Source: Hypanus sabinus (lineage: Eukaryota). From it: 64,000 bases of DNA. A model generated the notes under the pieces. The model made no database searches. It was not told the DNA's origin and saw only the letters and a program-made list of their open reading frames with translations. The position numbers were made by a program, and so were the translations under genes. Positions within the stretch are counted from its first letter, which is position 1; each line of letters starts with the position of its first letter. The stretch lies in the NCBI RefSeq assembly GCF_030144855.1, contig NW_026781513.1:186001-250000 (forward strand), in the 5' to 3' direction. This document shows, in pieces, positions 59,640-64,000 of this stretch.

Positions 59640-60605
59640 GAGCATAGGACACAACAGCACAGTGCAGGCCCTTCGGCCCAAGATGCTGTGCTGACCTCTC
59701 TGCCTTCTTCAAAATCAATCTAACCCTTCAGTCCCGCAAAGCTTTCAATTTGCTTTCATCCGTTTGCTTACTGAAGGAACTCTTAAATATCCCTGATGTG
59801 CTTGCCTCTACCACGCGTCCAACACACCCACTCCCCTCTGCATAAAGAAACCTAACTCCAATACCCGCCGCACTCCGTCCTCCAATCTCCTTAAAACTTA
59901 AGCAACTCGTATTAGTGAATCTCCTCTGCACCCTCTCTAATCCAGGCAACATCCTGGTGAATCTAATCCATAGAAACATAGAATGTAAGTGCAGGAGTCG
60001 GCCATTCGGCCCTTCGAGCCTCCACCGCCATTCAGTATGACCATGGCTGATCATCCAACTCAGGACCCGGTACCTGCTTTCTCTCCATACCCCCTGATCC
60101 CTTTAGCCACAAGGGCCATATCTAACTTCCTCTTAAATATAGCCAATGAACCGGCCCCAACTGTTTCCTGTGGCAGACAATTCCACAGATTCACCACTCT
60201 CTCTGTGAAGAAGTTTTCCCTCATCTCGGTCCTAAAAGGCTTCCCCTTTATCCTTAAACTGTCACCCCTCGTTCTGGACTTCCACAACATCGGAAACAAT
60301 CTTCCTGCATCTATCCTGTCCAATCCTTTTAGAATTTTATACGTTTCAATGAGATCCCCCCCTCAATCTTCTAAATTCCAGTGAGTATAAGCCTAGTCGA
60401 TCCAGTCTTTCTTCATATGAAATTCCTGCCATCACAGCAATCAATCTAGTTAACCTTCTCTGTACTCCCTCTGAGGAAAGAATGTCTTTCCTCAGATTAG
60501 GGGACCAAAACTGTACACAATATTCTAGGTGTGGTCTCACCAAGGCCTTGTACAACTGCAGTAGAACCTCCCTGCTCCTGAACACAAATCCTTTTGCTAT
60601 GAATG
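59640..60605 (-). mobile_element. CR1 3' fragments downstream of TRBC, fused to the terminal 42-bp array
   Basis: [36 protein letters not shown]; tail tagaaacatag. Confidence 0.88.
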
Positions 60606-63600
60606 CCAGGCAGCATCCCGGTGAATCTCCTGTGCACCCTCTCTAATCCAGGCAGCGTCCTGGCGAATCTCCTCTGCACACTCTCTAATCCAGGCAGCGT
60701 CCTGGTGAATCTCCTCTGCACCCTCTCTAATCCAGGCAGAGTCCTGGTGAATCTCCTCTACACCCTCTCTAATCCAGGCAGCATCCTGGTGAATCTCCTC
60801 TGCACCCTCTCTAATCCGGGCAGCATCCTGGTGAATCTCTTCTGCACCCTCTGTAATCCGGGCAGCGTCCTGGTGAATCTCCTGTGCACCCTCTCTAATC
60901 CAGGCAGCATCCTGGTGAATCTCCTCTGCACCCTCTCTAATCCAGGCAGCGTCCCTGTGTATCTCCTCTGCACCCTCTCTAATCCAGGCAGCATCCCGGT
61001 GAATCTCCTCTGCACCCTCTCTAATCCAGGAAGCATCCTGTTGAATCTCCTGTGCACCCTCTCTAATCCAGTCAGCATCCTGGTGAATCTCTTCTGCACC
61101 CTCTGTAATCCGGGCAGCGTCCTGGTGAATCTCCTGTGCACCCTCTCTAATCCAGGCAGCATCCTGGTGAATCTCTTATACACCCTCTCTAATCCAGGCA
61201 GCATCCCGGAGAATCTCCTCTGCACCCTCTCTAATCCGGGCAGCATCCTGGTGAAATTCCTCTGCACCCTCTCTAATCCAGGCAGCATCCTGGCGAATCT
61301 CCTCTGCACCCTCTCTAATCCAGGCAGCGACCTCGTGAATCTCCTCTGCACCCTCTATAATCCAGGCAGCGTCCTGGTGAATCTCCTCTGCACCCTCTCT
61401 AATCCAGGCAGCATCCTGGCGAAACTAATCCACCCTCTCTAATCCAGGCAGCATCCTGGTGAATCTCCTCTGCACCCTCTCTAATCCAGGCAGCATCCTG
61501 CTGAATCTCCTCTGCACCCTCTCTAATCCAGTCAGCATCCTGGTGAATCCCTTCTCACCCTCTGTAATCCGGGCAGCATCCCGGTGAATCTCCTCTGCAC
61601 CCTCACTAATCCAGGCAGCATCCTGCTGAATCTCTTCTGCACCCTCTGTAATCCGGGCAACATCCTGGTGAATCTCCACTGCACCCTCTCTAATCCAGGC
61701 AGCATCCTGGTGAATCTCTTCTGCACCCTCTAATCCAGGCAGCATCCCGGTGAATCTCCTGTGCACCCTCTCTAATCCAGGCAGCGTCCCTGTGTATCTC
61801 CTCTGCACCCTCTCTAATCCAGGCAGCATCCCGGTGAATCTCCTCTGCACCCTCTATAATCCAGACAGCATCCCGGTGAATCTCCTCTGCACCCTCTCTA
61901 ATCCAGGCAGTATCCCGGTGAATCTCCTCTGCACCCTCTCTAATCCAGGCAGCATCCCGGTGAATCTCCTCTGCACCCTCTCTAATCCAGATAGCATCCC
62001 GGTGAATCTCCTCTGCACCCTCTCTAATCCAGGCAGTACCCGGTGAATCTCCTCTGCACCCTCTCTAATCTAGGCAGCATCCTGGTGAATCTCCTCTGCA
62101 CCCTCTCTAATCCAGGCAGCGTCCCGATGAATTTCCTCTGCACCCTCTCTAATCCAGTCAGCGTCCTGGTGAATCTCCTCTGCACCCTCTCTAATCCAGG
62201 CAGCATCCTGGTGAATCTCCTCTGCACCCTTTCTAATCCAGGCAGCATCCCGGTGAATCTCCTCTGCACCCTCTCTAATCCAGATAGCATCCCGGTGAAT
62301 CTCCTCTGCACCCTCTCTAATCCAGGCAGTATCCCGGTGAATCTCCTCTGCACCCTCTCTAATCTAGGCAGCATCCTGGTGAATCTCCTCTGCACCCTCT
62401 CTAATCCAGTCAGCGTCCTGGTGAATCTCCTCTACACCCTCTCTAATCCAGGCAGCATCCTGGTGAATCTCCTCTGCACCCTCTCTAATCCAGGCAGCAT
62501 CCCGGTGAATCTCCTCTACACCCTCTCTAATCCAGGCAGCATCCTGGTGAATCTCCTCTGTACCCTCTCTAATCCAGTCAGCATCCTAGTGAATCTCCTC
62601 TGCACCCTCTCTAATCCAGGCAGCATCCCGGTGAATCTCCTCTGTACCCTCTCTAATCCAGTCAGCATCCTAGTGAATCTCCTCTGCACCCTCTCTAATC
62701 CAGGCAGCATCCCGGTGAATCTCCTCTGCACCCTCTCTAATCCAGGCAGCATCCCGGTGAATCTCCTCTGCACCCGCTCTAATCCAGGCAGCATCCTGGT
62801 GAATCTCCTCTGCACCCTCTCTAATCCAGGCAGCATCCTGGTGAATCTCCTCTGCACCCTCTCTAATCCAGGCAGCATCCTGGTGAATCTCCTCTGCACC
62901 CTCTCTAATCCAGGCAGCATCCTGGTGAATCTCCTCTGTACCCTCTCTAATCCAGGCAGCATCCTGGTGAATCTCCTCTGCACCCTCTCTATTCCAGGCA
63001 GCATCCTGGTGAATCTCCTCTGCACCCTCTCTAATCCAGGCAGCGTCCCTGTGTATCTCCTCTGCACCCTCTCTAATCCAGGCAGCATCCCGGTGAATCT
63101 CCTCTGCACCCTCTCTAATCCAGGAAGCATCCTGTTGAATCTCCTGTGCACCCTCTCTAATCCAGTCAGCATCCTGGTGAATCTCTTCTGCACCCTCTCT
63201 AATCCAGGCAGCATCCCGGAGAATCTCCTCTGCACCCTCTCTAATCCGGGCAGCATCCTGGTGAAATTCCTCTGCACCCTCTCTAATCCAGGCAGCATCC
63301 TGGCGAATCTCCTCTGCACCCTCTCTAATCCAGGCAGCGTCCTGGTGAATCTCCTCTGCACCCTCTCTAATCCAGGCAGCATCCTGGCGAAACTAATCCA
63401 CCCTCTCTAATCCAGGCAGCATCCTGGTGAATCTCCTCTGCACCCTCTCTAATCCAGGCAGCATCCTGCTGAATCTCCTCTGCACCCTCTCTAATCCAGT
63501 CAGCATCCTGGTGAATCCCTTCTCACCCTCTGTAATCCGGGCAGCATCCCGGTGAATCTCCTCTGCACCCTCACTAATCCAGGCAGCATCCTGCTGAATC

Positions 63601-64000
63601 TCTTCTGCACCCTCTGTAATCCGGGCAACATCCTGGTGAATCTCCTCTGCACCCTCTCTAATCCAGGCAGCGTCCTGGTGAATCTCCTGTGCACCCTCTC
63701 TAATCCAGGCAGCATCCTGGTGAATCTCTTCTGCACCCTCTAATCCAGGCAGCATCCCGGTGAATCTCCTGTGCACCCTCTCTAATCCAGGCAGCGTCCC
63801 TGTGTATCTCCTCTGCACCCTCTCTAATCCAGGCAGCATCCCGGTGAATCTCCTCTGCACCCTCTATAATCCAGACAGCATCCCGGTGAATCTCCTCTGC
63901 ACCCTCTCTAATCCAGGCAGTATCCCGGTGAATCTCCTCTGCACCCTCTCTAATCTAGGCAGCATCCTGGTGAATCTCCTCTGCACCCTCTCTAATCCAG
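60605..64000 (-). repeat. 42-bp CR1-derived minisatellite (~80 units, runs off the window end), downstream of TRBC
   Basis: Same unit as the intronic array but with different variant units; a diagnostic variant (gcgaaactaatccaccc) recurs at ~61420 and ~63390. Confidence 0.96.

Noticed and set aside
47154-63860. Dozens of - strand ORFs MLPGLERVQRRFTR / IREGAEEIHQDAAW
   Set aside because: Translations of the same satellite, interrupted by stop-containing variant units; not genes

Overview
Eukaryotic, GC-rich, repeat-dense vertebrate DNA, most likely from a cartilaginous fish (shark or ray; inferred from the CR1, Penelope and Rex1 repeat families and the protein sequences). The window holds the J-C end of a T-cell receptor beta locus on the + strand. 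There are seven J segments: five intact-looking, one pseudogene and one with a degenerate RSS. Each is preceded by a 12-bp-spacer RSS-like signal and ends in a phase-1 GT donor. A single four-exon C-beta gene follows: Ig-C1 domain 39598-39948, hinge 43643-43663, TM 46735-46841 and cytoplasmic tail 58246-58272. The spliced C region reads DPKKKERSPNVTLLQPSPWELKETQKVTLVCLV...IVCFVEHYKDGSNPVEIKDHIDVKI-DRCDLSS-KQKLPTLHAGRLTYLILIFKSVLYGIILVVLGWKAK-SSYKRRFD*. No D or intact V segment was found. Most of the remaining sequence is CR1 LINE debris plus Rex1, L1 and Penelope fragments. At least five different minisatellites have been amplified out of internal LINE sequence, including a ~10.5-kb 42-bp array inside the last C-beta intron. 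That array produces the spurious 3588-aa ORF. The most interesting hypotheses are an alternative unspliced long cytoplasmic tail with its own ATTAAA, inverted 42-bp arrays bracketing the hinge and TM exons, and an orphan inverted 23-RSS in the J-C intron. All three are untested inferences.
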